Source: Maritimibacter sp.
GTDB taxonomy: Bacteria; Pseudomonadota; Alphaproteobacteria; Rhodobacterales; Rhodobacteraceae
Assembly: GCA_048268845.1 (NCBI GenBank)
Contig: JBLWUQ010000003.1
Coordinates: forward strand, 213,013 to 277,012
Reading direction: 5' to 3'
Length of the DNA stretch: 64,000 bases
This document shows positions 28,658 through 36,458 of the stretch, in pieces. The notes beneath the pieces are model-generated. The model had not been told where the DNA came from. It worked only from the letters and a program-made list of their open reading frames with translations, and did not search any database. The stretch's first letter is position 1. The number at the start of each line of letters is the position of its first letter. The translations under genes and the position numbers were made by a program.

Positions 28658-29358
28658 TCGCCGCCGAGGACATCAACGCCTTCTACGGCCCCAGCCACAT
28701 CCTGTTCGACCTGTCCTTCAGCATGGCCGCATCCGAGCGCGTTGCCGTCGTCGGGCGCAATGGCGCGGGCAAGTCGACGCTGCTCAAATCGCTGATGAAC
28801 GCCGGCCCGCGTGTCGTGGGCGAGGTCAGCTGGCACGGCAAGAGCCTGGGACGCAGCGCCGCCTTCAAGCGCGCCCGGATGGGTTTGCAACTGGTGCCCG
28901 AGGATCGGCGGATCTACCACCACCTCACCGTGCGCGAGAACGTGCGGATCGCCGGTCACGCACGCCCGGCCTCTGCGCCGCGCCTCGATCCGGACGCGGT
29001 GATCGCGCAGTTTCCGATGCTGGTGCCGCTGAAGGACCGGATGGGGTTTCAACTGTCGGGCGGCCAGCAGCAGATACTTGCCATCGCCCGCGCGGTTGCG
29101 GCCAGCCCCACGATCATGCTTCTGGACGAACCGACCGAGGGCGTCGCCCCGGCCATCGTCGAGGACATGGTCGGCACGATCCGGGGTCTGTGCGACGACA
29201 ACGGGATGGGCCTCTTGTTGTGCGAGCAGAACCTGTGGTTCGCGCGCCAGTTGACCGACCGGATCGTGGTGATGGACACCGGACGCATTGCCTTCGACGG
29301 CACCTGGCAGGACTTCGCGGCGCGGCCCGAGATCAAGGAAACCCACCTGGCGCTCTGA
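28654..29358 (+). CDS. ABC transporter ATP-binding protein (LivF family)
   Basis: Track ORF 28198-29358, with ATG 28654 overlapping the LivG-type stop. Walker A GRNGAGKST, signature LSGGQQQILA, Walker B MLLDEPT. Confidence 0.9.
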   Translation: MIAAEDINAFYGPSHILFDLSFSMAASERVAVVGRNGAGKSTLLKSLMNAGPRVVGEVSWHGKSLGRSAAFKRARMGLQLVPEDRRIYHHLTVRENVRIAGHARPASAPRLDPDAVIAQFPMLVPLKDRMGFQLSGGQQQILAIARAVAASPTIMLLDEPTEGVAPAIVEDMVGTIRGLCDDNGMGLLLCEQNLWFARQLTDRIVVMDTGRIAFDGTWQDFAARPEIKETHLAL

Positions 29359-29468
29359 TCGCTGGCGCCCCGCGCGCCGGGTTTCGCCGATGTGACACGC
29401 GGGCGCTATGCGCGGGGCGCGCGCGCGGTTAGCGTGGCGGCACAGGTTTTATCGAAAGGTTTCCTCTT

Positions 29469-31106
29469 ATGCGCCTCGCCACCGTTTCCCTACTCGCCCT
29501 CATCGCCGCCTCGCCCGCGCTGGCCGACGAGGTGTTTTCGCAGGCTCCGGTCTCGGCCGTCACCGTCTATCCGCAAGGGGCCGAGATGACCCTGCGCGCC
29601 ACGGTCGATCTGCCGACGGGCGAGCACCGGGTGTTTCTGCCCTATGCCGGGGTTGACGACCTGACCGCGCTGCCGCGCATCAAGACCTCGCAAGGCGTGG
29701 CCATCGGCGCGCTCGGCTTTCGCCGCGCCATGAGCGTGGACCGCGACGCCCTGTTCACCGCGCCGCAGGCCGCCGCCTTTGCCCGGATCGAGGCGCTGGA
29801 CGACGCGATATTGACCAAGGAAGACGCGATTGCCGAGGCGCGGGCGAATGTGCAGGCGCTCGACGCGCGGCTGGCGTTTCTCGCGGCGGTCAAGCCGGGC
29901 GAGGAGACGACCGCCGAAACCCTTCTGGCGCTCGCCAACACGATCACCACCGAGACCGCCGCCGCGCAGGCCGGCAAGGTTGCCGCCAGCGCCGCGCTGC
30001 GCCCGATGCTGGACGAGCTTTCCGACCTGCAAACCGACCGCAAGGCGGCGCAGCGCGATTTCGACCGCCTCGCACCCCCCGCCGAAGTCAGCGACATGCT
30101 GGTGGTCGATGTGGTGGTAGACGCTGCCGGACCGGTCACGCTGGAACTGACCGAATTGACCCGGAACGCGATGTGGGAGGTCGATTACGACCTCGACCTG
30201 CACCGTGATGCCGGCAGCATCGAGATCGCGCGCAAGTTGATCGTGGTTCAGGAAACCGGGCGGGTCTGGACGGACGCCGCGCTGACCCTTTCGACGGCGC
30301 GTCCGGGCGAGGCGGTCGGACCGTCGCCCGTCGACCCCGATCAGGCGCGCATCTACGAGGAACTGCCACTGGTGCGCGGTGGCATCGCCGCGCCGGCGCC
30401 GATGGCAGAGCGCGAAATGGCCGCCGATACGATGGGCGCGGTGATGGAGGAACCGAAATTCGCCACGGCAAGCCTTCAGGTCGACGGGCTGTCGCTGTCC
30501 TATGTCTATCCCGATCCCGTCACCATCGCCTCGGGCGAGGCCGCCGAGCTTGCGCTCGATACTCTGACGGTCGATGCCGATCCTTCGATCCAGGCCGCGC
30601 CACGCTATGACGAGACCGCTTTCGTGATGGCCAGGCTGACCAACACCACCGGCGAGCCGATCCTGCCCGGAATGGCAAATATCCTGCGCGATGGATACCT
30701 TGTCGGGCGCGAGAGCATCGCGCTGATCCCCGCCGGGGCCGAAACCACCCTGCCCTTCGGCCCGATCGAAGGCATCCGGCTTGAAACCATCTTCGCGCGC
30801 AATGCCGAGGGCGATAGCGGCATCATCGCCCGCTCCAACACCCGCGAACAGCAGATCACCTTCACCGTCGAGAACCTGACCGACGAGGCGCAGGAGGTGC
30901 GCGCGTTTTTCCCGCTGACCTATTCCGAGCAGCAGGACCTGCGGGTGAAGGTGACGGCGCAGCCGCAACCGGACGAGACCGACATCGACGACAAGCGCGG
31001 CGTTTCGGCCTGGGATCTGTCGCTGGCGCCGGGCGAAACCAAGCGCGTCGAGATCACCGTCTCGCTGGGTTGGCCGGAGGGACAGATGCTGAACTGGTAT
31101 CCCTGA
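29469..31106 (+). CDS. secreted DUF4139/DUF4140 domain-containing protein
   Basis: 545-aa ORF with signal peptide MRLATVSLLALIAASPALA. The N-terminal VTVYPQGAEMTLRATVDLPTGEHRVFLP and a central coiled coil match the DUF4140/DUF4139 (mucoidy-inhibitor-like) layout, recalled from memory. Confidence 0.75.
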   Translation: MRLATVSLLALIAASPALADEVFSQAPVSAVTVYPQGAEMTLRATVDLPTGEHRVFLPYAGVDDLTALPRIKTSQGVAIGALGFRRAMSVDRDALFTAPQAAAFARIEALDDAILTKEDAIAEARANVQALDARLAFLAAVKPGEETTAETLLALANTITTETAAAQAGKVAASAALRPMLDELSDLQTDRKAAQRDFDRLAPPAEVSDMLVVDVVVDAAGPVTLELTELTRNAMWEVDYDLDLHRDAGSIEIARKLIVVQETGRVWTDAALTLSTARPGEAVGPSPVDPDQARIYEELPLVRGGIAAPAPMAEREMAADTMGAVMEEPKFATASLQVDGLSLSYVYPDPVTIASGEAAELALDTLTVDADPSIQAAPRYDETAFVMARLTNTTGEPILPGMANILRDGYLVGRESIALIPAGAETTLPFGPIEGIRLETIFARNAEGDSGIIARSNTREQQITFTVENLTDEAQEVRAFFPLTYSEQQDLRVKVTAQPQPDETDIDDKRGVSAWDLSLAPGETKRVEITVSLGWPEGQMLNWYP

Positions 31107-31126
31107 TCTCGCCCGTCCCTGACGCT

Positions 31127-31140
31127 TGACGTCGACGTCA
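31127..31140. promoter_or_regulatory. 14-bp perfect palindrome TGACGTCGACGTCA
   Basis: Self-complementary over all 14 nt. It lies about 20 nt after the DUF4139 stop and is followed by TCTTTTCC. It could be a protein-binding site or a very short terminator hairpin. Confidence 0.3.
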
Positions 31141-31431
31141 TCTTTTCCGGGTCGCAATCACAGGTTGCGGCCCGGATGTCGTTTTTGGGGTGGTCCAACC
31201 GATTCTCTGGCGGTGCCGAAAGGGAATCATCTGGTGATTCTTCCTGCCACATCTGTGGCAAAATTTGGCGAAACATGGCGGTGATGCGGTCACGAAACGC
31301 TCTTGCGGGGGAAAAAAGGTGTCAAAATGGTGAATCGCCACCTTCTTGCCGCATTTAAGCAGAATTCCCGCCCGATTCCGGGATGATCTTGTTCATATCG
31401 GAACAGAAATAAGACGACGGAAGACAAAAAT

Positions 31432-31605
31432 ATGGCTGCCACCATAGACACCAAGCAGACCGCAAGGATCCTGGTCTTCAAACGCCGCTCCAAGGGCGTC
31501 GTCCGGACCGATCGCAAGCGCCGTCTGCCACCGATCACCAGCGCCGAGATCGATACCATCTTCGACAACGCGCAGGAGAAAAACACCCGAGACCGGGCGG
31601 TCTGA
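31432..31605 (+). CDS. small basic hypothetical protein (57 aa), first of three tandem small ORFs
   Basis: Below the 60-aa track cut-off and found by reading the sequence. ATG 31432 has GGAAG about 9 nt upstream. Translation is MAATIDTKQTARILVFKRRSKGVVRTDRKRRLPPITSAEIDTIFDNAQEKNTRDRAV. Mostly G/C-ending codons. Confidence 0.4.
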   Translation: MAATIDTKQTARILVFKRRSKGVVRTDRKRRLPPITSAEIDTIFDNAQEKNTRDRAV

Positions 31606-31686
31606 CGACCGGATCGCCCGCTGCCAACCACTCACGAGTATGCCACTCACACATCGGCCAACTGGCCACAATACTGGGGAAGAACT

Positions 31687-31881
31687 ATGAAAAACAACGT
31701 CATCGCCTTCGACTGCACCCGCCTTGCCGACCGCCGCGCCGCTGCCACGGACGCCGCCACCGGACTGCGCGACAACGTCGTCTCCATCACCGAATTCCGC
31801 AACCGGATCCGCACGCTCCGGACCGCCTCGGGCGTGTTCTTCACCAGCCGCGTTCTCTGCACCTTCGGCAGCGTCGCCTGA
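31687..31881 (+). CDS. small hypothetical protein (64 aa), second of three tandem small ORFs
   Basis: Track ORF with GGGGAAG upstream of the ATG and strong GC3 bias. It shares an R-x-x-VV-S-I core with the next ORF. Confidence 0.5.
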   Translation: MKNNVIAFDCTRLADRRAAATDAATGLRDNVVSITEFRNRIRTLRTASGVFFTSRVLCTFGSVA

Positions 31882-31928
31882 GCGAAAAAGACAGATCCCA
31901 TTCTTGCGAAAACCCAGGAGAAACCCAG

Positions 31929-32147
31929 ATGACCAACGTCACCCTTCTTGAAAAAGCCCGCCGTGGCCGCGCAACCGCAATCGCCTCGCTGAACTCCGGC
32001 CAGAAGCGCTCCGGCGAGGTCGTTTCGATCTTCGACAGCGCCTTCGAGCGGTCGCACAACCACGCTGTTGTCCCGGTGCGCACCCATGTCATCGAGTTCC
32101 GCTCGACCCGCAGCGCCGTGGCCGCAGAACGCGGTCTGGCCGCCTGA
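31929..32147 (+). CDS. small hypothetical protein (72 aa), third of three tandem small ORFs
   Basis: Track ORF with AGGAGA 7 nt upstream of the ATG and strong GC3 bias. It is followed by stem-loops and a T-run. Confidence 0.5.
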   Translation: MTNVTLLEKARRGRATAIASLNSGQKRSGEVVSIFDSAFERSHNHAVVPVRTHVIEFRSTRSAVAAERGLAA

Positions 32148-32156
32148 TCCCGCGAC

Positions 32157-32207
32157 GGCAGGCGCATTGCGCGCCTGCCCGCCTCGCTCGCGCGAAAGGC
32201 GAGTTTT
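32157..32207 (+). terminator. tandem stem-loops with T-run closing the small-ORF unit
   Basis: GGCAGGCGC-attgc-GCGCCTGCC (9-bp stem), then CTCGC-N11-GCGAG followed by TTTT. It lies in the convergent gap before the cdsA-like stop. Confidence 0.45.
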
Positions 32208-32211
32208 GCCT

Positions 32212-33159
32212 TCAGCCCGAGCCCCAGAAAAACCGCACCAGGTGAAACAGGACCGGCGCCGAGAACACCACGGAATCGAGCCGGTCGATGAACCCGCCCT
32301 GCCCCGGTATGAGATGGCCCCAATCGCGCACGCCCTTGTCGCGCTTGATCGCCCCCATCACCATTCCGCCGCCATAGCCGACCAGCGACACGGTGGCCGA
32401 CATCAGGCCGGCCTGCCAGATGTTGAACGGCGTGATCCACCACAGAAGCGTTCCCATCGCCGTGCCGATGAGCACCGCGCCCACCAGCCCCTCCCAGGTT
32501 CGCGAATGTGGCACGTTTGGCGCAATGCGGTGCCGCCCGATGATCCGTGGCGCGACGAAATGCGCCATGTCGGCGGCCTGCACCACGATGGTCAGCCAGG
32601 CGATCAGCAGGATCGCCTTGTGCGAATAGCCTGGAATATCGAGCCAGAGCAGTGCCGGGGCATGTGAGGCCGCAAAGATGCACAGCATCAGCCCCCACTG
32701 GGTTTCGGCCACCCGCGTCAGAAACCCCGAGGTGTCGCCGCGCAGCACCGCCAGCACCGGCAGGAACAGGAAGGCATAGACCGGGATGAAGATCGTCATC
32801 AGGTTGATCCAGCCGGCCGCCACGAACACGTATTGCAAGGGCAGCGCCACGAAGAACGAGAACATGAGAACCCAGTGATCGGCGCGGCGCTTGGCGGTCA
32901 GGGTCAGGAACTCGCGCAGGGCGGCGAAGGACAGGATCGCGAACAAGACGACCACCCCGATCCGGCCAAAGAGTGCCGCCAGCGACAGCAGCACGACCAT
33001 CGCCCACCATGTATTGATCCGGGTGAACAGGGTTTCGATCAGGATGCTGTTGCCTTCGGGCACGACCCAGCGCCGCAGCGCGCCCGCCCCAAGCGTTGCG
33101 GCGGTCAGGGCAAGGAACAATCCGGTCAGAAGCGCGGCAAAGTCGGCGTGGACCATCAC
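32212..33159 (-). CDS. phosphatidate cytidylyltransferase family protein (CdsA-like, variant signature)
   Basis: 315-aa polytopic ORF. The C-terminal IKRDKGVRDWGHLIPGQGGFIDRLD matches the CDP-diglyceride synthase signature, except Q replaces H in PGHGG and RD replaces KD. Confidence 0.85.
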   Translation of the reverse strand: MMVHADFAALLTGLFLALTAATLGAGALRRWVVPEGNSILIETLFTRINTWWAMVVLLSLAALFGRIGVVVLFAILSFAALREFLTLTAKRRADHWVLMFSFFVALPLQYVFVAAGWINLMTIFIPVYAFLFLPVLAVLRGDTSGFLTRVAETQWGLMLCIFAASHAPALLWLDIPGYSHKAILLIAWLTIVVQAADMAHFVAPRIIGRHRIAPNVPHSRTWEGLVGAVLIGTAMGTLLWWITPFNIWQAGLMSATVSLVGYGGGMVMGAIKRDKGVRDWGHLIPGQGGFIDRLDSVVFSAPVLFHLVRFFWGSG

Positions 33160-33797
33160 TCACCCCCTTTCGCCAGCGATTCGAGCGCATCATGCGCGCG
33201 GCCAAGGAAACTTGCCTTGTCCTCGCCCGGCGCGATGTGGACCGGCGGGCCGAACGTGACGGTGCAGATCAGCGGCACCGGCACGACCTCGCCCTTGGGC
33301 AGCACCGAATTGAGGTTGTCGATCCAGGTCGGAACCAGATCGACCTCGGGGCGGTTGCGGGCAAGATGGAAAAGCCCGGACTTGAACTCGAGCAGCGGCG
33401 CATCGGTCAGGTTGCGCTTGCCCTCGGGAAACAGGATCAGGCTTGCGCCATCATCAAGCGCTGCGATCATCCGCGCCACCGGGTCTTCGTCCTCGGCCCG
33501 TGCGTCCGCGTCGCGGTTGATCAGCACCGCCTTGAACACGTCGCGCCCGGCAAAGGCGCGCAACCTGTTCTTGAGCCAGTAGTCCGAGGCCGCGACGGGC
33601 CTTGTGTTGCGGCGCAGGAAGTTCGGCAGCACCGCCCAGATCAGCACGAAATCCGCGTTCGAGGTGTGGTTGGCGAAATAGACCCGCTTGCGCGGAACCG
33701 GCTCGGTCCCCGCCCAGATCGCCCGTGGCGCCGTGACGAGGCGGATGAACAGCGTGATCGCGTGCACGGCGATCGCCGCTGCGGCCGATCTGATCAC
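33156..33797 (-). CDS. lysophospholipid (1-acyl-sn-glycerol-3-phosphate-type) acyltransferase family protein
   Basis: The track ORF runs to 33869 and would overlap the carbonic anhydrase gene. In-frame GTG 33797 has GGGAGGA 5 nt upstream. Motifs HTSNAD (HxxxxD) and FPEGKR are present. Its stop overlaps the cdsA-like start by 4 nt. Confidence 0.8.
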   Translation of the reverse strand: MIRSAAAAIAVHAITLFIRLVTAPRAIWAGTEPVPRKRVYFANHTSNADFVLIWAVLPNFLRRNTRPVAASDYWLKNRLRAFAGRDVFKAVLINRDADARAEDEDPVARMIAALDDGASLILFPEGKRNLTDAPLLEFKSGLFHLARNRPEVDLVPTWIDNLNSVLPKGEVVPVPLICTVTFGPPVHIAPGEDKASFLGRAHDALESLAKGGE

Positions 33798-33829
33798 GGC
33801 GATCCTCCCAATGGCGTCGCTTCGGTCAG

Positions 33830-34480
33830 TCAGACCGGCACGAAGTTCCCGCTCTCGGCATTGTAGCACATCAGATCGCCCTCACCGATGTCGTGCCACA
33901 GACCGTGCAGGGTCATCACCTCGGCGTCGACCGCCTCCTTGACGAAGGGAAAGGTCATCAGGTTTTCGAGCGACACGATCACCGCCTGTTTCTCAAGCTC
34001 CGCGACACATTCCTCGCCCGACCGGTTTTCCTTGATCCGGTCGTAGCCGGGCTTGAGCAGGTCCATCCAGCGGCCCGTGAAACTGGTATCCTCGGTCAGC
34101 TCCGGGGCCGCACCCGTGGTCATGTCATAGAACCCGCGCACACCGCCGCAGCTCGAATGTCCGATCACGATGATATGCGCGACCTTCAGCGCCGCGACCG
34201 CGTATTCGATCGTTGCCGAGGTGCCGTGCCGCTTGCCGTCGGGCTCGTAGGGCGGCACGAGGTTGGCGATGTTGCGGTGGATGAAGAACTCGCCCTGATC
34301 CGCACCGAAGATCGAGGTGACGTGGACGCGGCTGTCACAGCACGAGATGATCATCGCACGCGGATGCTGCCCCTCGGAGGCCAGCCGGCGATACCAGGAC
34401 TTGTTCTCGGTGTAGGATGTCGCCTTCCAGCCGTGGTAGCGATGAACGAGATAGTTTGGAAGTGGCCGCGCGTGTTTCAT
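33830..34480 (-). CDS. beta-class carbonic anhydrase
   Basis: 216-aa ORF with the CCDSRV and GHSSCGG zinc-ligand motifs. Confidence 0.92.
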   Translation of the reverse strand: MKHARPLPNYLVHRYHGWKATSYTENKSWYRRLASEGQHPRAMIISCCDSRVHVTSIFGADQGEFFIHRNIANLVPPYEPDGKRHGTSATIEYAVAALKVAHIIVIGHSSCGGVRGFYDMTTGAAPELTEDTSFTGRWMDLLKPGYDRIKENRSGEECVAELEKQAVIVSLENLMTFPFVKEAVDAEVMTLHGLWHDIGEGDLMCYNAESGNFVPV

Positions 34481-34620
34481 GATCTCGCCTGACTTTCGTG
34501 AATCCTGTGCCGTCTAATATGTCGGTTTTTCGAGAAATTCGAGCGATTTATGATTGTCGCGGAAACCTTTTCTTGAGGCAGACTTGCCATGGTGCGGCGG
34601 GTGTCGGGGGGAATTGGGGT

Positions 34621-35007
34621 GTGAAAGTGATTGCCGTTTTGAGACTACGCCATGAAGAACCGGTCCGGCTAGACCGGGACCAGTTGGAAATCATGTATCG
34701 CAATCTTGGTCCGGCCGGGGCCGACAAGGTTGTCAACCACGCGCTCGAGGATCTTGCGGCGGCGCTGTCCTGTGCCGGCAAGCAATACCGCAGCCACAGG
34801 TTCGACCAGATGCGCGCGACGCTCCGGGCGCTGATCGGGGTGTCGCGCCAGCTTGGGCTGACCTCGACCGCCCGCGTCGCGCGCGATGTGCTCGACCTGT
34901 CGGACACGACCGATGCGGCGGCGCTCGCCGCGACGATGGCGCGACTGGAACGGATCGGGGAAAGCTCGCTCATGGCGATCTGGGACTTGCAGGATCTTTC
35001 GATCTGA
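34621..35007 (+). CDS. hypothetical helical protein
   Basis: Track ORF 34498-35007. Its 5' part lies in AT-rich promoter-like sequence, so the start is placed at GTG 34621 (uncertain). The Ala/Leu/Arg-rich sequence is predicted helical. No family recognised. Confidence 0.45.
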   Translation: MKVIAVLRLRHEEPVRLDRDQLEIMYRNLGPAGADKVVNHALEDLAAALSCAGKQYRSHRFDQMRATLRALIGVSRQLGLTSTARVARDVLDLSDTTDAAALAATMARLERIGESSLMAIWDLQDLSI

Positions 35008-35072
35008 CCGCCCCTTGCGGGCCGGCGCGCAAGGCGTAGTCTGGCGAAAATGCAAACCCGGATCGGACCCAG

Positions 35073-36458
35073 ATGACCCTGACCTTCGCCGCCGCCACCG
35101 ATGACAGCCTGCCGCTTCACCTTGTCGCCAAGGGGGGGCTGGATGCGTTCGTCGAACGGCTTGACCCGGCGCAGCGCGCCTGGGTCCGGGCCAGTGCGTT
35201 CAAGGCCGGGCTGGGCGAGGTTCTGGCGGTGCCCGGCCCCGACGGCGCCCCGGCGCTGGTACTGGTCGGCTACGGCGACGCCGAGGCGCGACGGCGCAGC
35301 CGGTTCGGCCTGGCCTCCGCCCGCGCCGACCTGCCCGATGCGACCTATCATCTGGTTTCCGATCTCGACGGCATGGAGCTGAACGAAGCGGCGCTGGGCT
35401 GGCTGCTGGCTGGCTACCGCTTCACCCGCTACCACGACGCGCCAGCACCGAAAGCGCAACTGGTCGCGCCCGCCGGCATCGACGCCGCCCGGCTCGAGGC
35501 GATCGCGGCCGGCGAGGCGCTGACGCGCGATCTGATCAACACGCCCTCGTCGGACATGGGGCCGGACGAGCTTGAGGCCGCCGCGCGCGCGTTGGCCGGG
35601 GATTTCGGCGCCGATATTTCGGTCATCACAGGCGAGGCGCTGCTGGCCGGGAACCTGCCGATGATCCACGCGGTCGGCCGCGCCTCGCCGCGCGCACCCC
35701 GGCTGATCGACCTGCGCTGGGGCGGCAAGGGGCCGACCCTGACGCTGGTCGGCAAGGGCGTGTGTTTCGACACAGGCGGGCTGAACCTCAAGCCCGGCGC
35801 CTCGATGGGGCTGATGAAAAAGGACATGGGCGGTGCCGCGACCGTGCTCGGGCTGGCGCGGATGATCATGGCGCTGGGGGTCAAGCTGCAACTGCGGGTC
35901 CTGATCCCGGCGGTGGAAAACGCCGTCAGCGGCAACGCCTTTCGCCCCGGCGACATCCTGACCAGCCGCAAGGGGCTGAGTGTCGAGATCAACAATACCG
36001 ACGCCGAGGGGCGGCTGGTGCTGGCCGACGCACTGGCACTGGCGGATGAGGAGATGCCTGACCTCGTGATCTCGATGGCGACGCTGACTGGTGCGGCGCG
36101 GGTGGCGGTCGGGCCGGACCTTGCACCGTTCTACACCACCGACGACGCGGACGGGGCGGCGGTGAAGGCGGCGGCTGCCGCGGTCGCCGATCCGGTCTGG
36201 CAAATGCCGTTCTGGGAGCCTTACGAGCCCTTGATCGAACCCGGCATCGCGGACCTCGACAACGCGCCTTCGGGCGGCATGGCGGGCTCGATCACCGCCG
36301 CGCTGTTCCTGCGCCGCTTTGTCACCGACACGCCGCGCTACATGCATTTCGACATCTACGGCTGGCAACCCAAACCCGCCCCGGCGCGGCCCAAGGGCGG
36401 GGTCGGTCAGGGCGCGCGCGCGCTTCTGGCGGCGCTGCCGGAGCTGTTGTCGCTGTGA
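35073..36458 (+). CDS. leucyl aminopeptidase family protein (peptidase M17)
   Basis: 461-aa ORF with VGKGVCFDTGG and the M17 signature NTDAEGRLVLADAL. Confidence 0.88.
   Translation: MTLTFAAATDDSLPLHLVAKGGLDAFVERLDPAQRAWVRASAFKAGLGEVLAVPGPDGAPALVLVGYGDAEARRRSRFGLASARADLPDATYHLVSDLDGMELNEAALGWLLAGYRFTRYHDAPAPKAQLVAPAGIDAARLEAIAAGEALTRDLINTPSSDMGPDELEAAARALAGDFGADISVITGEALLAGNLPMIHAVGRASPRAPRLIDLRWGGKGPTLTLVGKGVCFDTGGLNLKPGASMGLMKKDMGGAATVLGLARMIMALGVKLQLRVLIPAVENAVSGNAFRPGDILTSRKGLSVEINNTDAEGRLVLADALALADEEMPDLVISMATLTGAARVAVGPDLAPFYTTDDADGAAVKAAAAAVADPVWQMPFWEPYEPLIEPGIADLDNAPSGGMAGSITAALFLRRFVTDTPRYMHFDIYGWQPKPAPARPKGGVGQGARALLAALPELLSL

Noticed and set aside
31127-31140. Classifying the 14-bp palindrome as an FNR/CRP-family (TTGAT-N4-ATCAA) or RirA IRO (TGA-N9-TCA) site
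   Set aside because: The half-site spacing does not fit either consensus as I remember them (TTGAC-N6-GTCAT; TGA-N8-TCA). The palindrome is kept only as an unassigned dyad.
29490-31157. 555-aa ORF on the minus strand
   Set aside because: It is antisense to the DUF4139 gene, which has a signal peptide and coding-type codon bias. The translation is Arg/Gly-rich.
31290-31631. 113-aa minus-strand ORF in the small-ORF island, plus two other short ORFs at 31138-31341 (minus strand) and 31176-31358 (+ strand)
   Set aside because: The 113-aa ORF overlaps the SD-preceded 57-aa + strand ORF in antisense and has poorer codon bias. The two leader ORFs lack convincing SDs and lie across the inverted-repeat elements. 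They are kept in mind but not called.
34621-35007. Possible histidine-phosphotransfer (Hpt) domain in the small helical protein
   Set aside because: The segment LRALIGVSRQLGL loosely resembles the H-x-x-K-G-s-a-x-x-G helix, but the phospho-accepting His position is not His, and no kinase or receiver gene is nearby. This is too weak to call.
34548-36368. 606-aa ORF on the minus strand
   Set aside because: It is antisense to the M17 aminopeptidase gene, which carries the NTDAEGRL signature. The composition is Arg/Gly/Pro-rich and no family motifs are present.
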